A stretch of 63,910 bases of DNA, the filler included, from Globobulimina sp. (taxonomy: Eukaryota), in assembly GCA_003354225.1 (NCBI GenBank). It is 58 parts of 58 records of this genome, joined end to end, with 100 filler letters (N's around TTAATTAATTAA, not from the genome) between each part and the next. Parts side by side here need not be neighbours in the genome. Positions count along the whole stretch, not along the records: positions 34,225 to 35,228 come from PIVH01026089.1; positions 35,329 to 36,332 come from PIVH01026090.1; positions 36,433 to 37,436 come from PIVH01026091.1; positions 37,537 to 38,540 come from PIVH01026092.1; positions 38,641 to 39,644 come from PIVH01026093.1; positions 39,745 to 40,747 come from PIVH01026094.1; positions 40,848 to 41,850 come from PIVH01026095.1; positions 41,951 to 42,953 come from PIVH01026096.1; 50 more parts are not named here. One strand, written 5' to 3'. The translations under genes were made by a program, and so were the position numbers. The notes under the pieces are model-generated. The model saw only the letters and a program-made list of their open reading frames with translations, was not told the origin of the DNA and ran no database searches. Of the stretch, positions 34,908 to 47,513 are shown one piece after another. Positions within the stretch are counted from its first letter, which is position 1. The number at the start of each line of letters is the position of its first letter.

Positions 34908-35328
34908 TATTCCTGTTATCTGTGTGACTGTGTCGCTCCTAATATTACAAACTTGCGAAAAATCGAAAAGAAAAAAAGTGTTTTAGTGAAGCTACGGAGT
35001 TTTTGCGCAGCCTACATTTTCAATCGTATATATACAAAATATTGAGAAACAACACAAATACAAAATATTGAGTGGTACAGTGAACAAATCGTAATTTAAA
35101 ATAACAGACACGTTATTTCAATCACATTATTTGCTAATTTGCATCACAACAAACAAAATTCTTTAAAAAATAACAATGCAATATTTATGAAACCAAAAAA
35201 TAATAATCATAATATTTAAGATGATTTTNNNNNNNNNNNNNNNNNNNNNNNNNNNNNNNNNNNNNNNNNNNNTTAATTAATTAANNNNNNNNNNNNNNNN
35301 NNNNNNNNNNNNNNNNNNNNNNNNNNNN

Positions 35329-36261
35329 AATGCGTTATGGAATAAAAGCTTGTCGGAATTAACAATATTAGGAACACATGACAGTGGTTCATACAATCTC
35401 ACAAAGAATATGATGCCTGGCGGCGAGCCAGAGTTTTTATTGGAATTAATTAAAGTTGGCGAAGCATTGGGATTGCCGGTGGACGAAGTGATAACTTTTT
35501 GGTCCAAATCACAACCTTCCAACTTATATGACCAGTTAGTACATGGAACGCGATATTTTGATATGCGATGTGGTTGGAATTACACTCAAAATTGGTATAC
35601 TTACCATGGCCAAATTGGAGCATCCATCCAATTCATATCAAATGATATTAAACGTTTTTTGGACGAACATGACGGGGAAATAGTAATAATTGAAGCAAAT
35701 GGCATCACTGGATATAAAGTGAATAATTCTGATGTTGAAATATTATGTCAACTATTTATAAATATATTTGGTGGTTATTTATATCCGCGGCGTCTAAATG
35801 TAAATGACCCATTTCCGAGCTATGGTGATATGGTTACTACGAATAAACGTGTTTTATTATCAGTTGCTTGGAATAATGATATCATTCAACAATATGACAA
35901 TATATGGTATGGATCAAAGAGTGGTACCATACAAAATACGTATGCCAATACTCCAAATATTTCGAAAATGATTGATTTTAATAACCGACAGGTGCAGTTA
36001 TTCAATAATCATCAGACAATTCAAAATGCATTGTTTAAAATATCATGGACATTAACACCAAACGGTGACACCATATTGGACTCGGTTAAAATCAATGCGT
36101 CTCATACTCTCATTCAATTAGCAGATACTGCAAATTTGGTAATGTCAAATTGGACACAAAGTAATATCAATCAAAATTTATCATTTGGAAATATCTTTAT
36201 TTTTGACGATTATTTAACTGCATCCACTCAACAAATTATTAATGCCTTGTACAAATTATGA
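35329..36261 (+). CDS. PI-PLC X-domain protein (PLCXD-like), 5'-truncated
   Basis: LTILGTHDSGSY, QLVHGTRYFDMR and FLDEHDGEIVII. Confidence 0.88.
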   Translation, partial: NALWNKSLSELTILGTHDSGSYNLTKNMMPGGEPEFLLELIKVGEALGLPVDEVITFWSKSQPSNLYDQLVHGTRYFDMRCGWNYTQNWYTYHGQIGASIQFISNDIKRFLDEHDGEIVIIEANGITGYKVNNSDVEILCQLFINIFGGYLYPRRLNVNDPFPSYGDMVTTNKRVLLSVAWNNDIIQQYDNIWYGSKSGTIQNTYANTPNISKMIDFNNRQVQLFNNHQTIQNALFKISWTLTPNGDTILDSVKINASHTLIQLADTANLVMSNWTQSNINQNLSFGNIFIFDDYLTASTQQIINALYKL

Positions 36262-37536
36262 ATTACTAGAAATAAGAAATGATTTGTTGCGAACAGTCGA
36301 TAAAGCAATAAAATTTGTGAGTGCGTCAATCANNNNNNNNNNNNNNNNNNNNNNNNNNNNNNNNNNNNNNNNNNNNTTAATTAATTAANNNNNNNNNNNN
36401 NNNNNNNNNNNNNNNNNNNNNNNNNNNNNNNNGATTTTGTTCGCATATATTTGCCAGAACTCACTGTTTGAATCGCTTTCAATTTTTGAAACGTTTTCAA
36501 ACTTGAATTTATTTCAATATCCGAACCATCAGAATCTGTTGCATCTGTCCCAAATATTTGACTTAATATCCCCGAATTGTTTGAGAACACACTCGATTTT
36601 TTGCTCCGTCTATGTCTACGTATACGTGGTTTAGATTTGCATTTTTTATCTTTTTTGTGATATTTCGTGTGTTTGTGGGCTATTTTGCTTCGCTTTGATT
36701 GGCCTCGTTTTCTATGGTGCTGTTTGTTGCTTTTTTGGTGCGATGGCGATGCATACATTTCGTGATTGTGTTCATCAGAATTACTATATTCGCCACCCGA
36801 GGAACTCGAGGCTGTGCTGTCAGAATCTGAGGAACATTCAATTGACTCCGCCTTCCACACTCCATCAATATGAACATCACCAATATACGGACTGTGCTGC
36901 ACTTGTAAGCCAACCTGTTGCTTCATGCCATATTCCTTATTATTGCCTGCAAAAAAAAAATCAATTTCAAAAAAAACTGTTTTTTATGAACAATACCTAC
37001 CAAATCGGCCAAACATATTTTTCCATTTCGGAGCAACCTTATTTTTATTTTCATCAATCCCCGGTTTCAAACCGTTTTCCTTTTTTTCTACCGGATCGCT
37101 CGGAAAATTGGCCAACTTCAAATGCTGCCTCGCTTTCAATGGACTCTTATTCCCGTAAACTTTGGGTGTCTTTCCTCGAACACTCCGCTTTTTGCCCAAT
37201 ATCTTCCACCGCGGATCGTGTCGCAGTTGATTCGCTTTCCAATAATCCAACTTCGCAGACACGCCGCCGATATCTAGTCTTTTTTTATGTGACTCCAAAT
37301 GTCGCCTTTTCTTATTTAATTTATTATGTTCCAGAATTATTCCTTGCGAACCAATGTTGATACTCATCCGCTGCGATTTATTGCCGCCAAAAAAAGTCTG
37401 TTGCGCTTTTTTAAATTTCGAGGACAATGCCAATGGNNNNNNNNNNNNNNNNNNNNNNNNNNNNNNNNNNNNNNNNNNNNTTAATTAATTAANNNNNNNN
37501 NNNNNNNNNNNNNNNNNNNNNNNNNNNNNNNNNNNN

Positions 37537-38129
37537 AGTGATCGTAGCACTTCTGTTCATTCCAGCATAACAATGAACTAAACATTTACCATTATTTTCT
37601 TTGCATTTGTCAATAAATTTTATACATTCCTCAAAATGCTGCGAAATATCGTAATTATCCTGATCTTCAGCCTCAATTTCTAAACATATATGCACTCCAA
37701 ATTAACATGTCATATATGTCCAGCAAATGACCACATTTCCTTCCAATATTATATGGGTGTAAGTTGGCGCTATTATCATTGACTGATTCTGCAATGTTAA
37801 TTTGGAGCGTACATACCTAAAATATTTACATTCATTGATGTTGGATATTCAACCGATATAAATCCTGCGTCCAAATTGATTACATAATTTATATCGTTTC
37901 GTTTTAATTTCCTCATATTTTCTGCGTCACGAACAGCACCCAAATATAACCAATCTGATAAAATCAGACTCATTCCAGATTTAACTTTGTATTTCCTGTA
38001 TTGCTTCAATGCGTGTTGCAATTTTAGTTGATATTGTTGGGCTTCTGTATCAAAATCAAACGAGTCAATGTATGCAATGCAATCGTCAATTAATCTGCAA
38101 ATATATTGGATGGGACAGTTTGCCATCAT
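37537..38129 (-). CDS. Dual-specificity protein phosphatase, partial; intron 37680-37816
   Basis: ILSDWLYLG..INYVINL, IEAEDQDNYDISQHFEECIKFI and catalytic VHCYAGMNRSAT. Confidence 0.92.
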
Positions 38130-38640
38130 GGCATAGTTTGAGTTTAAGAAAACAGTTTTTGAGTGGATTGTTTCTTTGAGCCAAAGCTAATGCTGTCATG
38201 CTAAGCAACATCGCCGAAATATTACCACCAATTCCAACTGTTAATAACAAAGCATTAGCTTCAAATGTGAAAAAAACAAACATCGATGATTTGATCAAAG
38301 GATATTGCAAATATCTTCCCGATTCTGTTAAAAATATGATTTTTCTGTATTATCCTAAAATGAATGGGATTTCATATAGTTGGAATATTTCAAAGATTCA
38401 ACAAATAAAACAAATTCATGCATCATATCATCCACAACCCACTCAAAATATGAATGAGGAATTCAAAAAGGAAGAGATAGCCGCTGATCATGAAGTAATT
38501 CATTATGAATTGGAAGAAGCAGATACCATTGATACACTTGNNNNNNNNNNNNNNNNNNNNNNNNNNNNNNNNNNNNNNNNNNNNTTAATTAATTAANNNN
38601 NNNNNNNNNNNNNNNNNNNNNNNNNNNNNNNNNNNNNNNN

Positions 38641-39137
38641 TAGATATGGAAAAAAGCAAATACCATGCAAAGGAGCTCCACAGAATCAAGCAGAAAAGCA
38701 ACGTTTATAAATGCGATTTTAATGGATGCGATAGAATATTTGCCAGAGTGGGTCTGTATAATAAACATAAAAAATGCCATGTCAGAGAGTGTAAATGTAT
38801 GTGGCATGGATGCAACCGGCGTTTTCCAAGGAAAAAAGATCTAAAAATCCACGCGAGGATCCATTCCAATCGTCGCTGCGAAATATGTGGGTTTTGTGGG
38901 AAAACATTTACAGATCCATCCACATTAAGAAAACATTTAAAGTATATTCATTCGGATACTATTTGTGAAGCTTATGTGTGCCGGGAATGTAAAAAAGGAT
39001 TCAGACGAAAAGATTCTTTACAAAAACATTGGCAAATCCATGCAAAAAATGATCGAAATACACATGTTTGTGATATTTGTAATGCATCGTTTACGTTTAA
39101 ATGGAACTGCCAAAAACATAAAAGACTTTATCATTAA
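38641..39137 (+). CDS. C2H2 zinc-finger protein, C-terminal part
   Basis: Five tandem C-x(2-4)-C..H-x(3-4)-H fingers. Confidence 0.93.
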
Positions 39138-40342
39138 TAATTAAATATTGTTTTTTTTTGATTTTGTGATTGTGTACTAACTACTAAGTAAATCATAAAA
39201 TCATATCAATATTTTATCCCAACTGTTGGATATCGTATTATTTTTCATATGTGAATGATTGCTCAGAATTGAAATGCACGTAAATTGTGCGAGGATACAA
39301 GTTTTTTTTATCAAAAAAAACAACAATTTGAACAATAACAAATACGATTTAATCTACAAACACTTTGCAAATTATAAACAACACAGTTCCAATCCGTAAG
39401 TCTGTGCAGAGGGAGATTCCATTGCTGTGGTTAACTATCAACTATGCCAATATAGTTGTTAGAGACTGTGGTAAAAAGATGAGAAAGCTAAGCAACAAAA
39501 ACTTTTAACAAAAACAATGATCTGACCTTTTACATTTAGATGAGTTTAACAATGAGTTCTTTCATTTTGTCGTCGGTGATTCCGTGATCAGGGTCAGTTT
39601 GACAGAAATGTTCATTGAATCCAGGTATGCTTTTTGCTTTGCTANNNNNNNNNNNNNNNNNNNNNNNNNNNNNNNNNNNNNNNNNNNNTTAATTAATTAA
39701 NNNNNNNNNNNNNNNNNNNNNNNNNNNNNNNNNNNNNNNNNNNNCATGTTTATAATACATATAATTGTATTGACTTTAGTATTTGGCAAAACCATCCTGA
39801 AAACGTCAAGATTTAGAAATGGATAAAAATCATAATCAAATAAGACATGTCCATATCCCAAATAAAATCATAATCACTGCAAACACACGCTGCAGTCACA
39901 ACTATTGAGCTAATTTTCATTGTGGTGACCGATCAATCATCAACTCCAAAAGTTGTGACTGCAGTGATCATAAAATCAAAACATCACGATTTCGACTATG
40001 TAGATCGATCACCATGGAATGTGGTGGGTGTTATCTCTCTGAATAAGTAGTGGTTTTCATGGACGCTCGCTCCGCTCCTTTTGTATGTGAGTTTTACAAA
40101 CAAAAAAAACATAATAAAAAGTCCCAACGATGTATTTTGAAAAAAATCCCATAAAATATAAACATTCAAAACACAATCATAAAAAAAAAAGTAGCTATAA
40201 TAAAGGTGAAAAAAAATAAAAATATGGAGTAAAAAAAGATATTTGATATTAAAACAAAACAATGGATATTCCCACAATGTCATTCCCCAAACAAACAAGC
40301 AAATATACGTATAAAATTAACATAAAACTATCATTGTTTACG

Positions 40343-40747
40343 TCAAATGTCATGTACTGTATCATTATTATCGCTTTCTTCTTGCTCATTTATGCTATTT
40401 ACCAACTCATTTATTCTCAAATCGTCATTAATTATCATAGTCCTCCGATCATGATGCGACCGATCTGAAATACTGCTTAAATTCTTCCGATGTCTCCTCT
40501 TTTCAGCAACCTCCTCTTCCTCAGACACGTCAATTGGATCTCGATCCGAACCATCGCTGCTACTCTCACTGCTGTCCTCTGTCAAAACCGCTTCATGCGA
40601 CGCCTGCAACTGACTCATTATTCGGGTATCCACACTCTTCGATCCTTTCATCGTATTTATATCCTTCACAATCATTGTCTGCGTAGACACAGGTTCTAAA
40701 AACTTACTATTCACGGCATCCACACTTGTGATCGGCGGCGGTGTGCT
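40343..40747 (-). CDS. Low-complexity C-terminal fragment
   Basis: S/E/D-rich ORF followed by a U-rich 3' UTR. Confidence 0.4.
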   Translation of the reverse strand, partial: STPPPITSVDAVNSKFLEPVSTQTMIVKDINTMKGSKSVDTRIMSQLQASHEAVLTEDSSESSSDGSDRDPIDVSEEEEVAEKRRHRKNLSSISDRSHHDRRTMIINDDLRINELVNSINEQEESDNNDTVHDI

Positions 40748-40848
40748 NNNNNNNNNNNNNNNNNNNNNNNNNNNNNNNNNNNNNNNNNNNNTTAATTAAT
40801 TAANNNNNNNNNNNNNNNNNNNNNNNNNNNNNNNNNNNNNNNNNNNNG

Positions 40849-41298
40849 TGTAATCAGCCCAAGAATTGGCGGAAAAAAAAGAGTTCGAATCGCGAATATG
40901 AGGCAACTTTTGGTCAGTTACCGCCGAATATTCAGGAAAAAATGAGGAAGGTGAGATTGCGGAAAGCAATGAAAAGCAATCCATTGTTAAGGAGGAAGGT
41001 TAGGATCCGAAGGAAATTCAATTTAAAACATCCGCGGAAAGAGTTTAACAAAAATTTAACCAAAAATTGGGGCTTTTTCGATAAATCGACATTGATCGCG
41101 AAGCACGAGGCGAAAAATGCTGTGCGGGATTCGCGCGTTTTTAGAAAGCCGGTGAATTCGTGGAAAGATCCGTTGCGAAGAGGTTTGGCGAAGCACGGCC
41201 GAAGGAAAGCGTCGTTGAGAGGGATGGCCAAGAGACAAGTTAAAAAACTGCGGAAAAGAGAAAAAATGAGGAAATTGGCGAAAAGAAGAAAAAAATAA
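40849..41298 (+). CDS. Highly basic protein, C-terminal fragment
   Basis: R/K-rich open frame ending in an AT-rich 3' UTR. Confidence 0.4.
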   Translation, partial: CNQPKNWRKKKSSNREYEATFGQLPPNIQEKMRKVRLRKAMKSNPLLRRKVRIRRKFNLKHPRKEFNKNLTKNWGFFDKSTLIAKHEAKNAVRDSRVFRKPVNSWKDPLRRGLAKHGRRKASLRGMAKRQVKKLRKREKMRKLAKRRKK

Positions 41299-41473
41299 AA
41301 CACTGTGATATTTTTTGTATTATTTTTTTTATAATTTTGACTCTTGATTTATGTTACTGAGACTTTTAAACTTTTACAGTATGGGTGTATACGTACTCTC
41401 ACGTATCTTGAAACACTAAATGATATAGTTGTGTTTTATAATTTTCAGGTCACAGTGATTTGTCTGGCTGAAC

Positions 41474-41850
41474 ATGTCAACCTATGCCCTCTTTACAAGG
41501 AAAAGACGATCACAATTATTAGTAAGTGGATATGTCAGAAAATATAAGTGTCAATACATCCATACGGATATTATTAGTGTCATTCATGCATTCCATTATA
41601 CACCATACAACATATTTGATTTATATTCTATCGGTAGAAACGATGGGGGGCAACAAGGAAACGGAGGAAATGAAAATATTCAAAAAATCACAAAAATAAA
41701 AACATTTAAAAAAAAAATAAAAAATATTGTTACTTGTGGTGATGGTGATTTTGGTGTAGCAGCATATATTTTATTTGATGATGAAACCTATGAATGTTGC
41801 GGTTGTAATAGAAGTGGTGTATTAGGTGTTGGACATTATAATAATATTAA
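41474..41850 (+). CDS. RCC1-repeat protein with F-box-like N-terminal motif
   Basis: LLVSGYVR..IHTDIISVIHAF; LYSIGRNDGGQQGNG; CGCNRSGVLGVGH. Confidence 0.7.
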
Positions 41851-42203
41851 NNNNNNNNNNNNNNNNNNNNNNNNNNNNNNNNNNNNNNNNNNNNTTAATT
41901 AATTAANNNNNNNNNNNNNNNNNNNNNNNNNNNNNNNNNNNNNNNNNNNNCACGAACTCTTATGGGTCTTATATTTGTGCAAAGAGATGACCACTTCTCT
42001 GTATCTGGAAGTGGTGGGGTAAAGAACGGCTAAAGCTGGAGTGATCATCATTTCGTCAGGTGAATACAAAAATGACTCAAGTGCACTGTAGGACAAAAAT
42101 TGAGTTAGACATATAGGGATACTCAGTAAAGGATGGGCTTTAATGTAGGACCATTCCCAGACACCACTTTAGCTTACTCGTTGAGAACCAACTAAAGCTA
42201 GAC

Positions 42204-42640
42204 TGACGTATGTGCACTTTTCAGGGTCGTTTTTAGTGCAAGAATGACGTATGTGTAAAATACCATTGTAAAAAAGTATATTAATGCAAAAATGACGTAT
42301 GTGCAAAAATGACGATTGACATTCGTTTTCATTTTTTTGCATATTTTTTACGCTAACTAAAATTTATTTAGCAAACAAATGATATTCTGCATGTTTCACA
42401 CTCATATTACAAAAATTCGATGAATTTATGAAATTTTCCAGATAATTTAATATCAGTGAGTGATCAAAAACGTTCTAATAAATTTCGAATTCAACAGTAA
42501 AATGTTGTGTGATACCCTACATGGTGTTATTTGTTCACAATCTGGAGGTTTTGATTTGTTTCAAAAATTCCATATCCAACACACGCAAAACTACCGTAGT
42601 TGTGACTTTTTTCTGGTGCAAAAATGACGTATGTGCAAAA
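42204..42640 (+). repeat. Four dispersed copies of (tgcaaaaa)TGACGTATGTG(caaaaa)
   Basis: Core at 42204, 42245, 42293 and 42625. Confidence 0.85.
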
Positions 42641-43053
42641 AAGTTGAAAATCTTTTCATTTAAAAATATAAGAAGCTCGTAATTAACCCCAACAGATAGA
42701 GCGCAGAATTCTGCATCGGGCACATCTTTTCGTTTATGGATATCCTTAAAATCTGATTTGATTTCATGGAAATAAAACTTCAAACTCGATTTTCTCAAAA
42801 ACTTTCCCCATTGCACTTGAGTCATTCTTGCATTCACCTGACGAAATGTTTAGTCCACTTTCCCTTTTTTGAAGCTGCTAAGATTAGTAAAGTTGATGGC
42901 GAACTTTTACATGAATGTCTAAAGGACATTTATTTTACACTTGATTTATGGCTNNNNNNNNNNNNNNNNNNNNNNNNNNNNNNNNNNNNNNNNNNNNTTA
43001 ATTAATTAANNNNNNNNNNNNNNNNNNNNNNNNNNNNNNNNNNNNNNNNNNNN

Positions 43054-43820
43054 GCAAAGTCAGCAGTCGATATCTTCCAAAATTTCCAAATTCATCATCT
43101 TGTGGATGGTTTGGAGGTGTTTTTAAACAAAAGGAATTTTCAAATTTAATTATTTCTAACTTATTTGCTTGTGATTGTAATATAAAATTTACAATATTTT
43201 GAAATTCTGCATCTGAATATGTTTCATCTGCATTTTGATTTAAATAACAATCAACAAATACAATGGATTGCAAATTATAAATAATTTTATTATAATAATC
43301 TGTCCCATTTCTTGGATTTGTTTTATATTTGCTGAGAAATGACAGTAAAGTCACGAGATCGCCGATCGACATAAACAAAAGAAATATTTTGTAATAATGG
43401 CATTAATTTCATTTCGCTCAAATCAGATTCGCTACAATGTCCTCCCCAACGTATACCATAAAATGATAAATCTGTAACTCGTTGAAAGAAATTAAATATT
43501 TTTAAACGGCGTAGAACACAGACATCGACTGATAATCTTTCGACATGTCTAAATCTGTGGATTTTTGAAACTTGCCAAGTGTTCATATCATAATAATGAT
43601 CATCAGCACATTGACCATAATCAGGCGCAACTCTTAAATAGTTGTATGGATCATAGCTTTGCAGCAAATGTTTGATTGAAGTGGGCGAATGACAGATTAT
43701 TGCCAGTTTCCTATCACATTGCACTAATCTTATAATTGATGACAATTTAAGAAAGGTACAAATATTATTACTGATAATATCAAATGGTATGGTTGCGGTT
43801 AATGATGCATTTTTGGCCAC
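43054..43820 (-). CDS. F-box protein with LRR-like region; frameshift at about 43375
   Basis: IPFDIISNNICTFLKLSSIIRLVQCDRKL is F-box-like; two ORFs overlap in different frames. Confidence 0.6.
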
Positions 43821-45366
43821 GATTGACTTATTAAATTATATACAAAAATATACATGATACACATGATACACTTGTGCATCATGTGTAGCTATGTGTTCCT
43901 ATGTGCATTCATGTGTATTCTATGTGTTCCTATACCATGATATCCAATGCATTCTCACCATATGGTTTCTAGACAGACGATGATGATGAAAAGCTAAACG
44001 TTTCTTGTGTATAAGCTAATGACAATGACATCCGCTATTTAAACTGCACTTTCTGCNNNNNNNNNNNNNNNNNNNNNNNNNNNNNNNNNNNNNNNNNNNN
44101 TTAATTAATTAANNNNNNNNNNNNNNNNNNNNNNNNNNNNNNNNNNNNNNNNNNNNATAAGGAAAGCTCCGTCATAAATATATTATATATCCATAACCAT
44201 CGACAAAAAATTCTACACATATCAGCCATACATAATGTTAAGAAGATACACAACAAATTAAATGCACAATATATGGATGCAATTTTGGCGTAGGCGGTAT
44301 ACGACTTTGAAAATACATAAAATGATGTTAATGATATATGTGCATCACTGTGACAGCCCGCTTTTTTATTCAAATGCCAATTCCATGATTTATATTTATT
44401 GCCATCGTAGCTGTTCCAGGTCGCGTTACGAACGGGACAGTTATTATCATTTTTAGGCCCATCGTAATTAAACGAGTCCGAAGCTGTATATTTTAAAATT
44501 GAAAGTATGGCAAATATACGTGAAGCAGTTCTTTGTTTGGAAACCTGAAGCATTGAATATGTCATTGCATGTTCGACAGTCTGTGCACTGCGGCATACAA
44601 TATGATAAATCAAATCTTGTGCCTGATACGTCATAAAATGATGCATTTTGCAAAATAAAATAACAGTCACAGCAGTCTGGGTTGTACCTCTTAATTTCGT
44701 TAGCATTCTTATTATTTGCTTTGAAAATAAGAAAACCAATAATAAAAAATCGAATGCTATTCCAAATTGTCCATATTATAAACCACATAACTCCTTGCGG
44801 ATTTTGGCACTCTTCTTTGAGTTCAGGCATTCTGACTATACCTAATTGAAAAGGGAGAATGTGGTAAACTGACACTAAGACTCTAAGCTAGTGACTCCAG
44901 TGCATAATAAAATTTTTAAACTACTGTAATGTTCTCTGTGATTTTCTAGTTAGTCAGGAAGAGTCTTTAAGTTAAAGATCAAAACATTTAAACAATGGGT
45001 TCTGACTTTTTTTTATGTAAGTTGGCAAAGTAAATTGCACTTGTAGTAGGTCGAGCCTGGTTCTAGGGTTGAACTAAGGGTTTTTAAGTAAAGTTTTAAA
45101 GTAAGGAGTACCTAATAAGTTAGATACAATAAATCAAGAGGATTTAGGATAAAAGGTCANNNNNNNNNNNNNNNNNNNNNNNNNNNNNNNNNNNNNNNNN
45201 NNNTTAATTAATTAANNNNNNNNNNNNNNNNNNNNNNNNNNNNNNNNNNNNNNNNNNNNATAATTACACAAATGAATTTATAACTTGTATCCGTATTTAG
45301 TGATGAATTATATATATATATACTTATTAGATAGACGTTGCCATTGTTTCTTCCTGACTCAGGTGC

Positions 45367-46262
45367 ATGTCTGACGTTCCTCAATTAAAGTATATATTGG
45401 ATGGAGGAATGGGTAGATACTTATACTCGATTGGTCTTCCTCGTGATGCTCAATTATGGTCAGCAAAAGCGTTAATTCATCGAAAATATCATCGTTTGGT
45501 GATTGATGCTCATAAAGAATATTTAAAATGTGGATGCAATGTGATTACCACAAATAATTATGCCGTAATCCCGGGATATTTAAAGAATGTAAATCGCATT
45601 AATGAGATTCCTGAATTGACCAAATTATGTGTACAATTGGCAGAAACTGCAAAGAATGAATTTTTAAACGAAAATGGAATAAATAACGTAAATGGATCAA
45701 ATATATTTATTGCGGGATGTCTTCCTCCTTTGATTGAATCGTATCGGCCCGATTTGATTCTATCTGAAGTTCAATCCGTGTCTTATTATGAATCTATTGT
45801 GGATGCATTAGACGGAGTTGATATTTATTTGTGTGAAACGATGGGAGCAGTCAACGAAGCAATTTATGCTTTGCAAGCAATCAAATCGAGAGTGTTTAAT
45901 GGGAAACAAGTTTGGATTTCATTTGCTTTGAATGAAAGAGGGAATATTCGATCTGGCGAAACTGTGGATGCTGCAATAAAGATATTGGAGCCATGGATGA
46001 AAGCGTGTAATATAAGGATTATCTCATTTAACTGTTGTTTGCCAGAATCCATTGATCACATATTTGGAAATCAGAAAATTTCTGCAGAATCAATCAAGAT
46101 TTTAGACAGAAATCATGTCGATTTAGGTGCATATCCAAATGGATTCGAACAAATCAAATCTGACTGGACTTTGAAGGGTGATGGATTTTTGAAATTAAGG
46201 GATATAACACCACAAATATTTTATGAGCATTATGTAAAAGGATGGTTAACAAAATATGCTAA
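45367..46262 (+). CDS. Homocysteine S-methyltransferase family protein
   Basis: ILDGGMG, LWSAKAL, VITTNNY, IAGCLPPL..SYRPD, LCETM, FNCC and GAYPNGF. Confidence 0.92.
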
Positions 46263-46707
46263 NNNNNNNNNNNNNNNNNNNNNNNNNNNNNNNNNNNNNN
46301 NNNNNNTTAATTAATTAANNNNNNNNNNNNNNNNNNNNNNNNNNNNNNNNNNNNNNNNNNNNATGCAGCAATTTGAGAAGATTCAGATGAATAAAAATGT
46401 AGAGTTGGAGGAGGCGGTCAATATGAACAAAATCCGCTATCCCAAGCAAAACAACACAGGCATCGCGATGGATAATTCTGGTGATTTTACCGTGGGGGGA
46501 CAGGGTGCCACGGTGGTTATTCATGGCAAGCATGATTCGGAGAGCAGCAATGAGAAATTTATTGTATAATAATCATAAAAAAGATAAATAACTTTGTTTT
46601 TAGCTCTGACAAGTTTTTACTTTGTACTGCATGGCAACCAATAACGCACCGATTGAAAACCAAAATATCACAAAACATGCTACTTTTACAATAAAATATG
46701 TTGGAAT

Positions 46708-47365
46708 ATGTATTTCGGTTTTATTGCTACACTTTTTTATTGTTGCGGTCGCGATCCATCAGATTGTGGCGATATCACTTCTTTATCAGTTATTGATACT
46801 GGCAATGTTCGTAATATTATATTTGTTGGGAGGTCGCGAACAGGGAAAACAACCTCCATTGAGGTGCTAAAAAATAAAGATTATAATCCAGGACTATTAA
46901 ATGTAATATCTCAAACAAAAAATGCCACCCTTCATTCCTTTGAAAGTGAGACTGGATTAAATTTCAATATCATGGATACGCCGGGTTTATTTGAACTTGC
47001 TTTGGATATTTCAGACAAAAGAACAAATGATATTATTTTGGATGTGATTCGAAAATGCATTCAACACAAAATGGAGGAAATAAATCATGTGTATTTTTTT
47101 ATGACCATTCAGCAGGGTTTGCATGAGGAGGATTTGGAAGCATTTAAATTGTTCACTCATTTATTTGTTGTAATGGATAATAAAATGTCCATTGTGATTG
47201 GGAGAGGGCAACACATTAAAAACACAACTTTTTATATTGATCAATTTAAATCTGTGCCTGATTTGAAACCTTTGTACGAGAAAGGAAATGGGCGAATATT
47301 TTTTTTAGGCGCTGTTCAACAAAATGCAATGGTAAATATTGGAAAAATGAAAGAAAAGGTATATG
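46708..47365 (+). CDS. AIG1/GIMAP-like P-loop GTPase, partial
   Basis: NIIFVGRSRTGKTT (G1) and IMDTPGLFE (G3). Confidence 0.75.
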
Positions 47366-47513
47366 NNNNNNNNNNNNNNNNNNNNNNNNNNNNNNNNNNN
47401 NNNNNNNNNTTAATTAATTAANNNNNNNNNNNNNNNNNNNNNNNNNNNNNNNNNNNNNNNNNNNNAAATATCATGAGTCGATTCTGAAGCAACGAGCTCA
47501 GAAAACGCAACGC

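Noticed and set aside
43850-43935. ACATGATAC / CTATGTGTTC minisatellite with a 10-bp hairpin
   Set aside because: Low-complexity degenerate repeat; the hairpin is expected from the motif composition.
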